A stretch of DNA of 63,299 nucleotides, counting the filler, from Catajapyx aquilonaris (Eukaryota): assembly GCA_000934665.2 (NCBI GenBank). It is 4 parts of 4 records of this genome, joined end to end, with 100 filler letters (N's around TTAATTAATTAA, not from the genome) between each part and the next. Parts side by side here need not be neighbours in the genome. Positions count along the whole stretch, not along the records: positions 1 to 15,703 come from KZ539682.1; 3 more parts are not named here. The stretch is one strand, 5' to 3'. Positions 1 to 11,219 of the stretch are shown in pieces. The notes beneath the pieces are model-generated. The model was not told the origin of the DNA, ran no database searches, and saw nothing but the letters and a program-made list of their open reading frames with translations. Positions within the stretch are counted from its first letter, which is position 1. Every line of letters starts with the position of its first letter. The translations under genes were made by a program, and so were the position numbers.

Positions 1-138
1 TAAAAAATTTGCCGCAAGTCGCGCCGTTTGCCGCGCGACATTTTTTTTGTGAAATGGCCTTTACACGTAGTCTGAAGACAAGGACAAGATATTTTACAAA
101 TAATGCCAGCAACAGTGATATATAAATAATATCATACT

Positions 139-289
139 AACACGTTTATGCTCTACACTACAGTCTGCACTATGAATGTATTGGAGATGATTTTCGTCGC
201 TCAGAAGTCCCTAAATTGATTTTCACAGAGATAGTCGTAAAAAAACGAAAGTCGAGTGCTACCAGCCAACGGTTAGTCTGATTTAATTA
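139..289 (+). repeat. Dispersed ~150-bp repeat, copy 1 (copy 2 at ~4871-5026)
   Basis: The stretch ttatgctctacact...gtcgagtgctaccagccaacggttagtctgatttaatta recurs almost identically at 4871-5026. Confidence 0.85.
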
Positions 290-313
290 TTATGAAATAG
301 CCTATACGCTAAA

Positions 314-520
314 ATATGCGGAATATAGCCTATACATTGAGAACTGTACCAGACGAATTTGCTGAAATCGTGGTACTTTGCAAGAATTCAATCAATACTT
401 ATCTGCGGCTTGCCTGCGTCACATCTGAAAACTCCCAAACTTACTTAATTTTCGCGAAATGCGACGATTTCAGCAAAACAGTTCGTCTGGCACGTTTCTC
501 AAGGTAGATATTCCGCATAT
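314..520. mobile_element. MITE family B, copy 1 (other copies ~7601-7768 truncated and ~8098-8286)
   Basis: Long imperfect TIRs: atatgcggaata..tacattgagaactgtaccagacgaatttgctgaaatcgt versus acgatttcagcaaaacagttcgtctggcacgtttctcaaggtagatattccgcatat. Three copies in the window. Confidence 0.75.
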
Positions 521-625
521 ACTGTAGCATAATTTAATAATTAAATCAGCTTAAGAGTTGGCTGGTAATATCTGGTGATGGCAATGGCAATGGCGATATA
601 GCAGGTAGCGAAGGGGTTAATGGTA

Positions 626-1056
626 CACTTGAATTCAGATAAAAGTTAAAACAAACTTCAAGAGACTGCGGAAAAAGTCTGTTATAACCGAGGTCTGTTA
701 TAGCCAATTCGTCACGCAATGAAAACAATATGCTTTCAATATGGCTGCAATATGCACTACTAGACTACACACTGATTAATGAAATCTGTCAAAAATGCAA
801 TATTAGCTCACCCGAAAATGATGAAGGACCAAAATATCCGAAATTTTATTCTGCCGTCTCCTTTGTGCAAGTTTTGTACCTGGAAAACTATATTTTCCCA
901 CCGAGGGGCAAGAAATGGTGTCCTCTACCCGAGGTGAGGTGAAAATGAGTCTGTTACATCAGGAGTGCAAATACACAGTGCCTAATGGAAGCATGCCGGG
1001 ACGGCCTTTATAACCAAGTATGTTATATCCGAGGCTGTTATATCCGGATTCAACTG
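626..1056. mobile_element. pogo/Tigger-like (Tc1/mariner superfamily) MITE family D, copy 1
   Basis: TA-flanked; the right end TATCCGGATTCAACTG|TA matches the family TIR CAGTTGAATCCGGATA and the left end is decayed. Copies at 5043-5477, 8375-8809 and inverted at ~54618-54955. Confidence 0.8.
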
Positions 1057-1058
1057 TA

Positions 1059-1542
1059 ATAAGTACAATCCGTTCACCCCAGAGCAGCGGGGTAACATTT
1101 CGCTAACAATATGGCGAGGTGTAAATAGGAATTGACATTGCTAGGCGATGAAATCGTGAACAAATGAAGTATTTGACGTAAAAAAAAAATCATAACTTCA
1201 ATCCTGCAGCAGGTGGAAATGCGAGGTTTTGAACATTGATCCGCACCATCCTACTGCGCATTCGGCCCTTTGATGAAGAAACCAAATTCCGAATAGTTAT
1301 TGAGCAAATAAATAGAAAAACTTCTTTTTCATTTTTTTGCGGCGTTTTGAAGAGGAATTGAGTTTAGCTGTAAATGGTAGGAATGCACTTCACGACGGTG
1401 GGCATCTGTGTTCAAAATGTGGAAGCTCTACCTACAGCAGAACTTGAGTTAGGGCGAATAAAAAAAGCGTAACAAGATGTTGAAGAAATTCATTGTTGAA
1501 ATCTATGCTACGGTCTTACTAAGGGGCTATCGCCCCTTAAAT
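1059..1542. repeat. Repeat E ending in the hairpin TAAGGGGC-TATC-GCCCCTTA (possible Helentron/HINE-like non-autonomous element); copy 2 at ~8817-9335
   Basis: Near-collinear match to 8817-9335, with a terminal GC-rich hairpin and a (GAA)n tract in copy 2. The class assignment is inference only. Confidence 0.55.
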
Positions 1543-2502
1543 AGGTACAGTACAGAGCCATCATCAGTACAGGGAGGGTGGGGCAACGGGATTGGGACAT
1601 TGCTACAATTTTATGAAGGATTTATTATAAGGACAGAGACAGACGGAGCTTGAAATATTGGCGGAAACTTGAGGACGGTGCGACTGCTGGACTCGCTTTA
1701 CCCGGGGTCAAATCTCTCTTTTGCGGAAAGGAAATCGCCTGGGAAATAGCACATAATTATGCCAATGTATTACATGCAATATTTAGGGGTTCCCTTGCCT
1801 GGCTCCCCCTTTCAAATGTTAGGTGATGGGGCAAAACTCAGTTTTAAAATAATTATCTGCTGTCTGATAGTGAAGTCCTGGGCTTGAAATGTAGCCATTT
1901 TTGGCCCCTGAAATGGCCAATAAGGGGGTTTGTATAAATTCGATTTTTAATTTTCTGACAATGATGGTAGATGATGGCTAATTTTTTGAGTTGCATACTG
2001 TTCACGAATGATAATTTTAATAAAATAAAAAATGAAAGTGCAGTATGCATGATTCCACATTATACTGTACTGGATAGTTCCACATTTAAGAGAGTCACAT
2101 TCTTCAGCAAGATTGAATGAATAAAATGGTAGGCCTGAGCGATATGTCACTCAAACAATTGGCAATCATCCTCCACTGCCATAAAATTGATAAGCACATT
2201 TCTGTATAAGGTTGCTGTCTAAGGCCTTCTAATCTTCTACTCGTATGGCCATAATTATCAAAAATGCAAGAACATAATAGCAAGCCCGATGTGCAGGCAT
2301 AGCAGTCATGAATTTGTAGATTTTACCTTATTATGTGAACACTTATCTCGGCTGGGTCATTCCATCTCAACTGAGTCAAAGTGTTGCTCGACCATCTCTG
2401 ATTTGGCTGAAAAAAAATCATGGTTGTATACACGCCTAGGACCTAATGCGAAATATCAAATTTCAGCCCTATTGCGCAACATCGGGGGGAGGGGGGCGCT
2501 CC

Positions 2503-3276
2503 CAAAATTTGGGTCGGCCAGGAAATCAGCTCTTCGTCGGCGAATTATTTCTGGGTGTGGGAGTCGTCCAAACCCATCAAACATAATATATCAGAAGGAA
2601 GAGGAGGACTAGGAGAATGCATCTATGGAATCTGGCTGTTGTGCAGCGGCTAGAAATCATTTTGGCCCACTGACTGTCGAAGAATGTAAAATTAGTAAGG
2701 AAGTGCATCGGTTGCTTTTCAAGTTATTGTCTGTAAAGTATTTAATCCAAGCTCCAATGCAACCGATTGGAATAAATTTTTAAAGTAAACAAAATGGCGT
2801 TTTAAAAGAAATTGTTGCACAATTCATTATCAGTGCCAACATGATATTACACCTTTTATATGTAGAGCTAACCATTTTCCTCACTGTGCCGGTCGACATA
2901 TGATATGGTTTAGCCTGCACAAACCCAAAATATCCGATTTTTTAATCTCCAGAAATCTGCATGAATAAAAAATCAAATTTGACATATTGCAACTTGTGTG
3001 GGTCTATATTCGTGTCACTAAATATGAAATATGTGGCGCCATTACATCACTAATTTTCGGATGGCAAAATTCTTGGAAATTTGACCGATGTACAGCCAGT
3101 CCGGTTTTTTTCTGGTTGCATTTGCGACTGAAGCCACTTACATAGATGCATTCTCCTAGTCTTACTCTTTCTGCTGATATACATATATATATATATATAT
3201 TTGATGGGTTTGGACAACTCCCACACCCCGAAATTATTCGCCGAAGAAGAGCTGATTTCCTGGCCGACCCAAATTT
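2503..3276. repeat. Inverted repeat, arms ~2503-2626 and ~3141-3276
   Basis: aaatttgggtcggccaggaaatcagctcttc...ccaaacccatcaaa...gactaggagaatgcatctatg appears as its reverse complement at 3141-3276. This explains the shared peptide in ORFs 2289+ and 3004-. Confidence 0.85.
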
Positions 3277-4108
3277 ATTATTATTTCCAAGACTGTTTGA
3301 CTTGAGATGTTGTTCTTCTACAGTATAGTTGTGAACAGATGACCACGCACCTACCATATGAATTTCAGACTCTTAGCATGTGTTTAACAATGAGGAGCAT
3401 AGGAAATCCCAGTATAATCCGTGTCATTTTGAGCTGTATTTAAAAAATTGCTGCGGGTGAACCGCTCAGGGGGCACGAACCATTCTTATATCGATATGTC
3501 AATCATACAACGACGCTTCTTTTAACTCTTGTAACTTAAAAATCGGTCCAATCCTATATTGAGAAAAATGACCTCAAAGATGACCAACTGCAGAAACATG
3601 GAATTTCAGGATTTATTATTTCCAAGACTGCTTGACCTGCATTGTTTTCCTTATACAGTAGTAAGGACCACATGACAATGTATCTACCATATTAATTTAA
3701 CACTCCTATAGCATGTGCTTGACAGTGACATTGGGCCATCGGAAATGTGCCGTTTTTGCTCAATAATGCGATTTTTTTAGAATTTTCATTTTGCGTTCTA
3801 GATTAAAACTGTTGCCACCACAATATTCCTAATTTCATTCCGGTTCATTTGATATACATGATCATGGGGTTACAACAAGAACTCTGCCTGAAATAAATTG
3901 TCAGTCCGGCTCCATTGTTGCCGAAAGACGTTGCCACATCTCCGTGGGATTTTCACCTGGGTGGCTCTAATTTCGTTTTTAGCAACAGCTCATGTGTGTG
4001 TACTATTAACCGCAAAAGTAATGTCGCTACTGTTTATGTGAATATGAAAGCCAGGTCTTACTCATGGATCATATAACATGATGATAATATTCCTATAATT
4101 TTTATATA

Positions 4109-4850
4109 TTAGATCAAAAACTTTCCCTTCAGTAAAAAAAAGAGCAGTAAGACCTCCGCGGCGGAATGAAGGTACTGAAACAAGGCAGGCGCACGTAAGA
4201 CCTTCACCAATTGATTTAAGCTGTACCATAGGTCTTACTCAAGCAATTACCAATTTACTGCTCGTGATATCTCCTTTCTGAAAACAAATTTGTGGAATTT
4301 CTGTCGTACTACTGGTTACTTCTAACGTAGCAGTACCAGTGTAGTGCAATGGTACTGCTAAGTTAGCAGTATTAGTTTTCCATGAGCCACTCCATATTAG
4401 TGTTTTATGAAATTAGGAACTTCAATATTAAGCACATTGAATTTCTATGCGATTAGTGCGAATTATTGCCATGAAACATTCATGCAGAATCGTCACCTCT
4501 TTTAGATGGTGATTTTAACTCTAACGTTTAATTTTTCACATGTAAACGTTAATTGGTGAATTTAAGAGGGTCTTTTCCGATTGGACCAAGTCTGTTAGGA
4601 TGGGTTTAGTCTTTTTCCCCCATTTTTTTTCTTTTCGTAATAAAATCCTACCTACTGCTCTGAGTAGTTTGCAGCAGTCATTTTACGAACCGTTCCATAC
4701 CGTACCTGAGAATTGCTTGAGTAAGACCTATGGTACAGCTTAAATCAATTGGTGAAGGTCTTACGTGCGCCTGCCTTGTTTCGGTACCTTCATTCCGCCG
4801 CGGAGGTCTTACTTCTCTTTTTTTTACTGAAGGGAAAGTTTTTGATCTAA
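4109..4850. repeat. Inverted repeat with ~140-bp arms (4109-4247 / 4710-4850), foldback or MITE-like
   Basis: ttagatcaaaaactttcccttcag...ggtcttactcaagcaatt and its near-perfect reverse complement. A diverged relative lies at ~12870-13060. Confidence 0.85.
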
Positions 4851-5042
4851 TTTCAGTTCTTTTTTGACAGTACACGTAACTTATGCTCTACACTATACAG
4901 TCTGCACTATGAATGCATTGGAGACGATTTTCGTCGCTTAGAAGTCCCTAAAATTATTTTCACAGAGATAGTCGTAAAAAAACGAAAGTCGAGTGCTACC
5001 AGCCAACGGTTAGTCTGATTTAATTAGTCTGGCTTAATAGTA

Positions 5043-5477
5043 CAGTTGAATCCGGATAAAACAAACTTCAAGAGACTGCGAAAAAAGTATGTTATAACCG
5101 AGGTCTGATATAGCCGAATCGTCACGCAACGAAAACATAAATTTCTGCGTTCAATGTAGCTGTACTATGCACTACTAGACTACATACCGATTAATGAAAT
5201 CTATCACAAATGCAATATTGGCTCACCCGAAAATTATGCAGGACCAAAATTTCCGAAATTTCCTTCTGCCGTAACTTTTTTGCAAATTTTATACCTGGAC
5301 CACAATATTTTCCCACCGAGGCGAGGGTCCAAGAAATGGTCTGTTATACCGGAGGTGAGGTGAAAATGAGTCTGTTACATCAGGAGTGCAAATACACAGT
5401 GCCTAATGGAAGCATGCCGGGACGGCCTTTATAACCAAGTCTGTTATAGCCGAGGCTGTTATATCCAGATTCAACTG
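5043..5477. mobile_element. pogo/Tigger-like MITE family D, copy 2
   Basis: TA|CAGTTGAATCCGGATA ... TATCCAGATTCAACTG|TA. Confidence 0.85.
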
Positions 5478-6422
5478 TAAATCCCCATATATATAAAGCT
5501 CAATATTTGTACGTATTAATATATGTATGTCACGCCAAATTAAGCCACTTCCCGGGTACGGAGAGCGCTCAAATTTCTCAGAGCCATGTCTTACCTATCA
5601 CTGACCCCGAGAAAAGTCCCAAACCAGAACTTTTTTGAGTCTAAGGGGGGTTTTCAGCAGAATAAGCAATTGCCTGGCAACCCTGGCTGTCAACAAGCCC
5701 AAATGATGGATCTGCCTCTCTCACTCACGTTCTAAAATGAAATCAACATTGAATATTCAAAAATGAAGACAATAGAACAACGGGCAGGTTGGCAAGAATA
5801 ATATAATTGCAGTACACGTAGCAAGGGGGTAATCACTTCGGTACTCCGGTTTACACCTGGGAGTGGTACTCCCTGGTACTCCTCAGGCACCTCACTCTTC
5901 ATTACTCCGTGGTACTGCTTGAATTTGGTACTCCAGTGTACACTTTTCAGTCGAGTGATCCCCTTGACACGTAGGGTATTGTAACAATAATTAACGGTTG
6001 GAGTACTTCGGGGAGTGCCGAGATCAACAATACCGAACAATACAGTACAATACAGTGCATATCGATAGAACCTGCCACAAGGCACCAGGAAACACAGAGG
6101 AAAGAAGAGCAGGTATACGTTCGGGTGTTTGGTCTCAGAAGTGTTGGAGTGATGCGTTCATGTACAGATTGTGTTATCATCAAATATTTTTTTAAAAAAT
6201 TATGATACAAAATTTTCAAATGTAAATTTAAAACTGAGGTTAATGCGAAACGGCGTAAATCGGGTACTTCCCGCATGGGAAATCTTTCTTGGCCACTTCA
6301 CAACCAGCAAGCTATCATAATTTCCACGTTATCACAATTTTTCAATTTAAACATTTCATGATGTCATTTTCAAACCGGCGTAAAATGGAGGTGTGTAAAA
6401 CGGGTACCTACTGTATTATTTT

Positions 6423-6893
6423 GATAATTGGCCGGTGTTATGCAATAATGCGTCAACCCACGCGAGACCAGTTTTGAGAAAAAGGGCTTTGTAGGTCATA
6501 CCTGTGAAATTAATTCGGTGTTCTTTCCGGTCATTTATGGCAGAAGTATGCAGATTTCACCAGCGTTATTTTAACTGAATTAAGTAGGATTCTTTAGGCC
6601 AGAGGTTCTTGGCCTGGGGAGCCCGCACCTCCAGGGGGTGCGAGGTGGCTTCCCTGGGGGTGCGAGCAAGGTGCACCTCTGGACTTAATCTAACCAAGAG
6701 CTAATAACTGGTCTAACTATGAACTTAATCAATCACCCCTGGTAAAGGGGGTGCGACAAGGACCAATATATTGTCTACAAAGGGGTACGGAGGCCCTAAA
6801 AGGTTAAGAACCTCTGCTTTAGGTTCCTGGACTTGGCTCAATTTTGCCATTTTTGTGGGTTGACCCATTATTGCATAACACTGTCCAATTATC
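6423..6893. mobile_element. TIR element (~38-bp TIRs) nested in the Helitron, superfamily unassigned
   Basis: gataattggccggtgttatgcaataatgcgtcaaccca versus tgggttgacccattattgcataacactgtccaattatc. Confidence 0.75.
6600..6816. mobile_element. hAT-type MITE
   Basis: TIRs CAGAGGTTCTT / AAGAACCTCTG, with 8-bp TSD CTTTAGGC / CTTTAGGT. Confidence 0.85.
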
Positions 6894-7919
6894 CCTCCGC
6901 TTTCAATCACTTCTGTGTAGGTTGACTGACACCAAGTTCAACATATGTACCAGACACTACACACGGGTTTGCTGCTATAAATTAATTAATTAATAACATA
7001 TTTTGATAATCTACGTATGTAAGGCAAAAAAAATAACATTTGTTTGCCTGTGGCAACAGAATTTCGTTGGTGATTACCATAGAAACAGGCCTGTAAATGG
7101 TTTCAAATTTTGCACCTCCCCCAATTTTTTTATCCAAATTTTTTTATGTCCCCTGCCCCCAATGTATCTCCATCTTGCCGTGGTGGTGGGCTTTCGTTTT
7201 CCCATGATCCTGAAGAGCTATGCCGGCGGTAGTTTGGTCTACTGGTAGGGCTTCAAGACATATCCAACTTGGGCGGCGCTGGTATCTCTCTTAGTCTGTC
7301 TCCTATCCCAAGTTGGGACAGGAGACAGACTAAGAGAGATCCCAGTCTTTCCTCTCTTCTTTTCGTTCCTCTTCGTTTCTCTCTCTATCTGTTCCACCTT
7401 TTTGTATTCTGATAACCACATAGCCATAGTTGCGTGGCTCTTTATTACGCAAACAAACCAGAATTTTTACACCCTTCCAGTGCCTACATATGCAAGGGAA
7501 TGAGCAGCTTTGCATTTAATATTGCTCGAGATCTAATAAGATTTCGGTGTAATTATCCACGCTCTTTTTTCCCCGTGCGAAGAACGGGTACCGCTGCTAG
7601 TATACGTAATATATACATTGAGAACTGTACCAGACGAATTTGCTGAAATCGTGGTACTTTGCAAGAATTCAATCAATGCTATGTGTGGCTTGCCTCGGTC
7701 ACATCTGAAAACTCCCATTAATTTTCGCGAAATGCGACGATTTCAGCAAATCAGTTCGTCTGGCACGTTACAATAAAATACGCAAGTACATGTCTGCAAA
7801 ACCTGCGTAACGAACGGACAGTATGTCTGTGTTTGCATGGAAATGCCCAGGACATGTATCTTTTTCAATTCCCGGACCCGCGGAAACTAAAACTAGACAA
7901 CTGTCTCCAATGTCACTTA

Positions 7920-8067
7920 GGGCCAGTTGCACCGACCTCAGTATATCTTAGAACCTCGGGTATATCAAGAATTGCCATAGCAATCATTGTTGGTCAACAA
8001 TGATTGCTATGGCAATTCTTGTTATACCCGAGGTTCTAAGATATACTGAGGCCGGTGCAACTGGCCC
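7920..8067. mobile_element. PIF/Harbinger (Tourist-like) MITE, almost fully palindromic
   Basis: TTA|GGGCCAGTTGCACC ... GGTGCAACTGGCCC|TTA; the arms pair almost to the centre. Confidence 0.9.
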
Positions 8068-8374
8068 TTACAACATTATTCGGGGCAACCCTTCAATTAT
8101 CTACATTGAGAACCATACCAGACGAATTTACTGAAATCGTGGAACTTTCCAAGAATTAAATCAATACTATGTGTGGCTTGCCTCTGTCACATCTGAAAAC
8201 TCCCAAACTTATTTAATTTTCGCGAAATGCAACGATTGCAGCAAATATTAGTCTGGCACATTTCTCAAGGTAGATATTCCGCATACTGTAACAATTTCGT
8301 AATTAAATCAGCTTAAGAGTTGGCCGGTATTACCAGGCGATGGCGATATAGCAAGCGAACGGACTTAATAGTAA

Positions 8375-8809
8375 CTGCTGAATCCGGATAAAACAAACTT
8401 CAAGAGACTGCAAAAAAAAAGTATGTTATAACCCAGGTCTGATATAGCCGAATCGTCACGCAACGTGAACATAAATTTCTGCTTTCAATGTAGCTGTACT
8501 ATGCAGTACTAGACTACATACCGATTAATGAAATCTGTCACAAATGCAATATTGGCTCACCCGAAAATTATGCAGGACCAAAATATCCGAAATTTCCTTC
8601 TGCCGTAACCTTTTTGCAAATTTTAAACCTGGACAGCAATATTTTCCCACCGAGGGTCCAAGAAATGGTCTGTTATACCCGAGGTGAGGTGAAAATGAGT
8701 ATGTTATATCAGGAGTGCAAATACACAGTGCCTAATGGAAGCATGATGCCGGGACGGCCTTTATAACCAAGTTTGTTATAGCCGAGGCTGTTATATCCGT
8801 ATTCAACTG
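8375..8809. mobile_element. pogo/Tigger-like MITE family D, copy 3
   Basis: Collinear with 5043-5477; ends in ATTCAACTG|TA. Confidence 0.8.
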
Positions 8810-9353
8810 TAAATCTGTAATAAGTGCAATGAGTTCACACCAGCGGCAGGGTAACATTTCGCTAATAACAATATGGCTAGTGGGTAGACAAGAATTGACG
8901 TTTCTAGGTGATGGCGTCATGAACAAATGAATTAATGACAGAAAAAATATGATGTAAAAAAATCACAGCCCCAATCCTGCAGCAGGTGGAACTGTGATAT
9001 TTTGAAGATAGATCCGCACCATCCCACTGCACCTTCGACCTTTTGATGAAGGAACCGAATTCCGAATAGTTATTGAGCAAAAAAATATAGACGTTTTTTT
9101 TGGTGGTTTTAAATTTTTTTGCGGCGGTTTGAAGAGGAATTAAGTAAAAGTGTAAATGGTAGGAAATCAAATCACGACGGTGGGGATCAGTGTTCAAAAT
9201 TTGGAAGCTCTACCTACAGCAGAACTTGAGTTAGGGCGAATAAAAAAAGCGTAACAAGAAGAAGAAGAAGATGTTGAAGAAATTCATGGTTGAAATCTAT
9301 GCTACTGTCTTACTAAGGGGCTATCGCCCCTTAAATAATATGTAATATGTAAT

Positions 9354-9983
9354 GTACTATCACGTTCAAAAAGATTGTCCTCACTGTTTATTTTCTTATG
9401 TGTTTATGTGTTGGCTATCCTGGCTCTGCCAGGTTACCGTTGGCGTTATTCCGGAATCCACCACACTGTGATCACGGGTCACGGCCGCGGTCCCACGGCC
9501 CCAGGGTCCCATGGCCGCACGGTCGGGGTCTTGGGAGGCGGCGGGAGTGGGAGGGGCGTTGCGTTGTCTGGTGTGTGTGAAAAGGTGTTTATTTGGGGTG
9601 ATTGGGGGAAGGGGGACGGATGAGGCAATGGCCACGACCCGGGCAACACTCCCCCGGGGGGATCAAGGCAAAACTGTATAAATAATGCACATTTTCCGAC
9701 TTTTCAGGGGAAAAATAACATTTTCGTTTGATCTGCTGCCATCCCAGTTCAAGTGACCCTATCAGCCACCAAAATATACGTTCCTACAATGGATTTTTCT
9801 CCTCTATCTTTCTAGTACACTATGCCAGTTGTCTATAATTGCAACAGGAAAGGGGACACGTTCTAACATGTTGGGCCGTTGTTTTTTTTGTACTTGTACG
9901 GTCGGGAACAGGTACGAATCGTACGATCATCGCGGCTTGAAAAATTAGACCTAATGTAGGCTTAGAAAAAAAAAGCGTGATAT
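9354..9983 (+). repeat. Repeat copy 1 (internally deleted), inverted relative to 11506-12567
   Basis: 9354-9398 pairs with 12522-12567 and 9440-9983 pairs with 11506-12036. ORFs 9396- and 11840+ are near-identical. Confidence 0.9.
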
Positions 9984-10000
9984 AGAGAGAGGGGGAATCA

Positions 10001-10245
10001 ATCCACATAAGTATCCTCTGCGCGACCCGGGGATCGAACTCGGGACCTTAGAGGTAGAAGGCTGTGACGCTAACCACTCCGCCACCAAACGCGATAAGTG
10101 AATGTTCAAATTTTTGAAATTGAAATAAAGGCGTTATATTAATAGTTTAATGTTTAAAAACGATATTACTGGAATCGGACTACGGCCTTCGGCCTTGAAA
10201 ACTTTGCCACATTATATGCTTCACTTAGCTTTTTTTTTTTTTACC
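10001..10245 (-). repeat. Inverted copy of the SINE tRNA-like head plus ~150 bp of its upstream flank
   Basis: Reverse complement of ~10401-10643. It carries the A box (TGGCGGAGTGG) and B box (GAGTTCGATCC) on the minus strand. Confidence 0.85.
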
Positions 10246-10549
10246 GATTTTTCCAGAGTGGGACCTCTGTAAGGTTCGGGAGAATTTCGGTTGGGATTTT
10301 TCCAAGGCTTGCAGGGTCGGCATTAAGGCCCATATGGTATGCGTGTAATGGTGGGCTGCCAATATGTGGTGTTTTCCCGACCGCCTTTACTCCAGATCAT
10401 GGTAAAAATGCTAAGTGAAGCACATAATGTGACATAAAATTTTCAAGGCCGAAGGCCGTAGTCCGATAGCAGTAATATCGTTTTTAAACATTGAACTATT
10501 AATATAACGCCTTTATTTCAATTTCAAAATTTTGAATATTCACTTATCG

Positions 10550-10810
10550 CGTTTGCTGGTGGCGGAGTGGTTAGCGCCGCAGCCTTCCATCTCTAAGATC
10601 CCGAGTTCGATCCCTGAATCGGACAGAGGATACTTATGTGGATATTGTGTCGATGGGTTCTCTCCGTGTTCGCGTGGGTTTTCTCGGGGTTCTCCCGTTT
10701 CCTCCCGCAATCAAAATCCATCACACGCAGACAATGATTAAAGTCGGTTCACGAAAAGATGATCCCCTAAGAGGTCCAAGGCCTATCACGGGGTATTCAT
10801 TATTAACATT
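10550..10810 (+). mobile_element. tRNA-derived SINE with a V-domain-like central region
   Basis: A box TGGCGGAGTGG and B box GAGTTCGATCC, then GTTCTCTCCGTGTTCGCGTGGGTTTTCTCGGGGTTCTCCCGTTTCCTCCC, which resembles the V-SINE conserved domain as I recall it. The 3' end is approximate. Confidence 0.75.
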
Positions 10811-10934
10811 CCCTTATCACAATGTCTCAATCCTATACACAGAACATTATTCGCACATCAAACGTATTGGTGTGACTTAGGGTCGTTTGTCCACGTGCGC
10901 TGTTTTACGGGTTTTTTGCCCATTTAATTACACG

Positions 10935-11219
10935 CAGTGGCGGATTTAGGGGGGCGGGCGGGGGCACGCCCCCCCCCCCNNNNNNNNNNNNNNNNNNNNN
11001 NNNNNNNNNNNNNNNNNNNNNNNNNNNNNNNNNNNNNNNNNNNNNNNNNNNNNNNNNNNNNNNNNNNNNNNNNNNNNNNNNNNNNNNNNNNNNNNNNNNN
11101 NNNNNNNNNNNNNNNNNNNNNNNNNNNNNNNNNNNNNNNNNNNNNNNNNNNNNNNNNNNNNNNNNNNNNNNNNNNNNNNNCCCCCCCCCCCCCAGAAGAA
11201 ACTTCTGGATCAGCCACTG
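10935..11219. mobile_element. hAT-type MITE spanning an N gap
   Basis: TIRs CAGTGGCGGAT / ATCAGCCACTG, 8-bp TSD ATTACACG / ATTTCACG. The internal poly-C flanks the gap. Confidence 0.8.

Larger units (their letters stand above)
5482..7600 (+). mobile_element. Non-autonomous Helitron (~2.1 kb) with nested insertions
   Basis: 5' A|TCCCCATATATATAAAG...TATGTATGT; 3' hairpin CCCGT-GCGAAGA-ACGGG (7572-7588) then CTAG|T at 7597-7601. These are canonical TC...CTRR termini in an A|T target with no TSD. Pairing of the two ends is inferred. Confidence 0.7.

Noticed and set aside
10550..10627. Functional tRNA gene
   Set aside because: A and B boxes are present but the acceptor and anticodon stems do not pair, and it continues into a SINE body. 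The same applies to ~15965-16040 and ~10015-10092.
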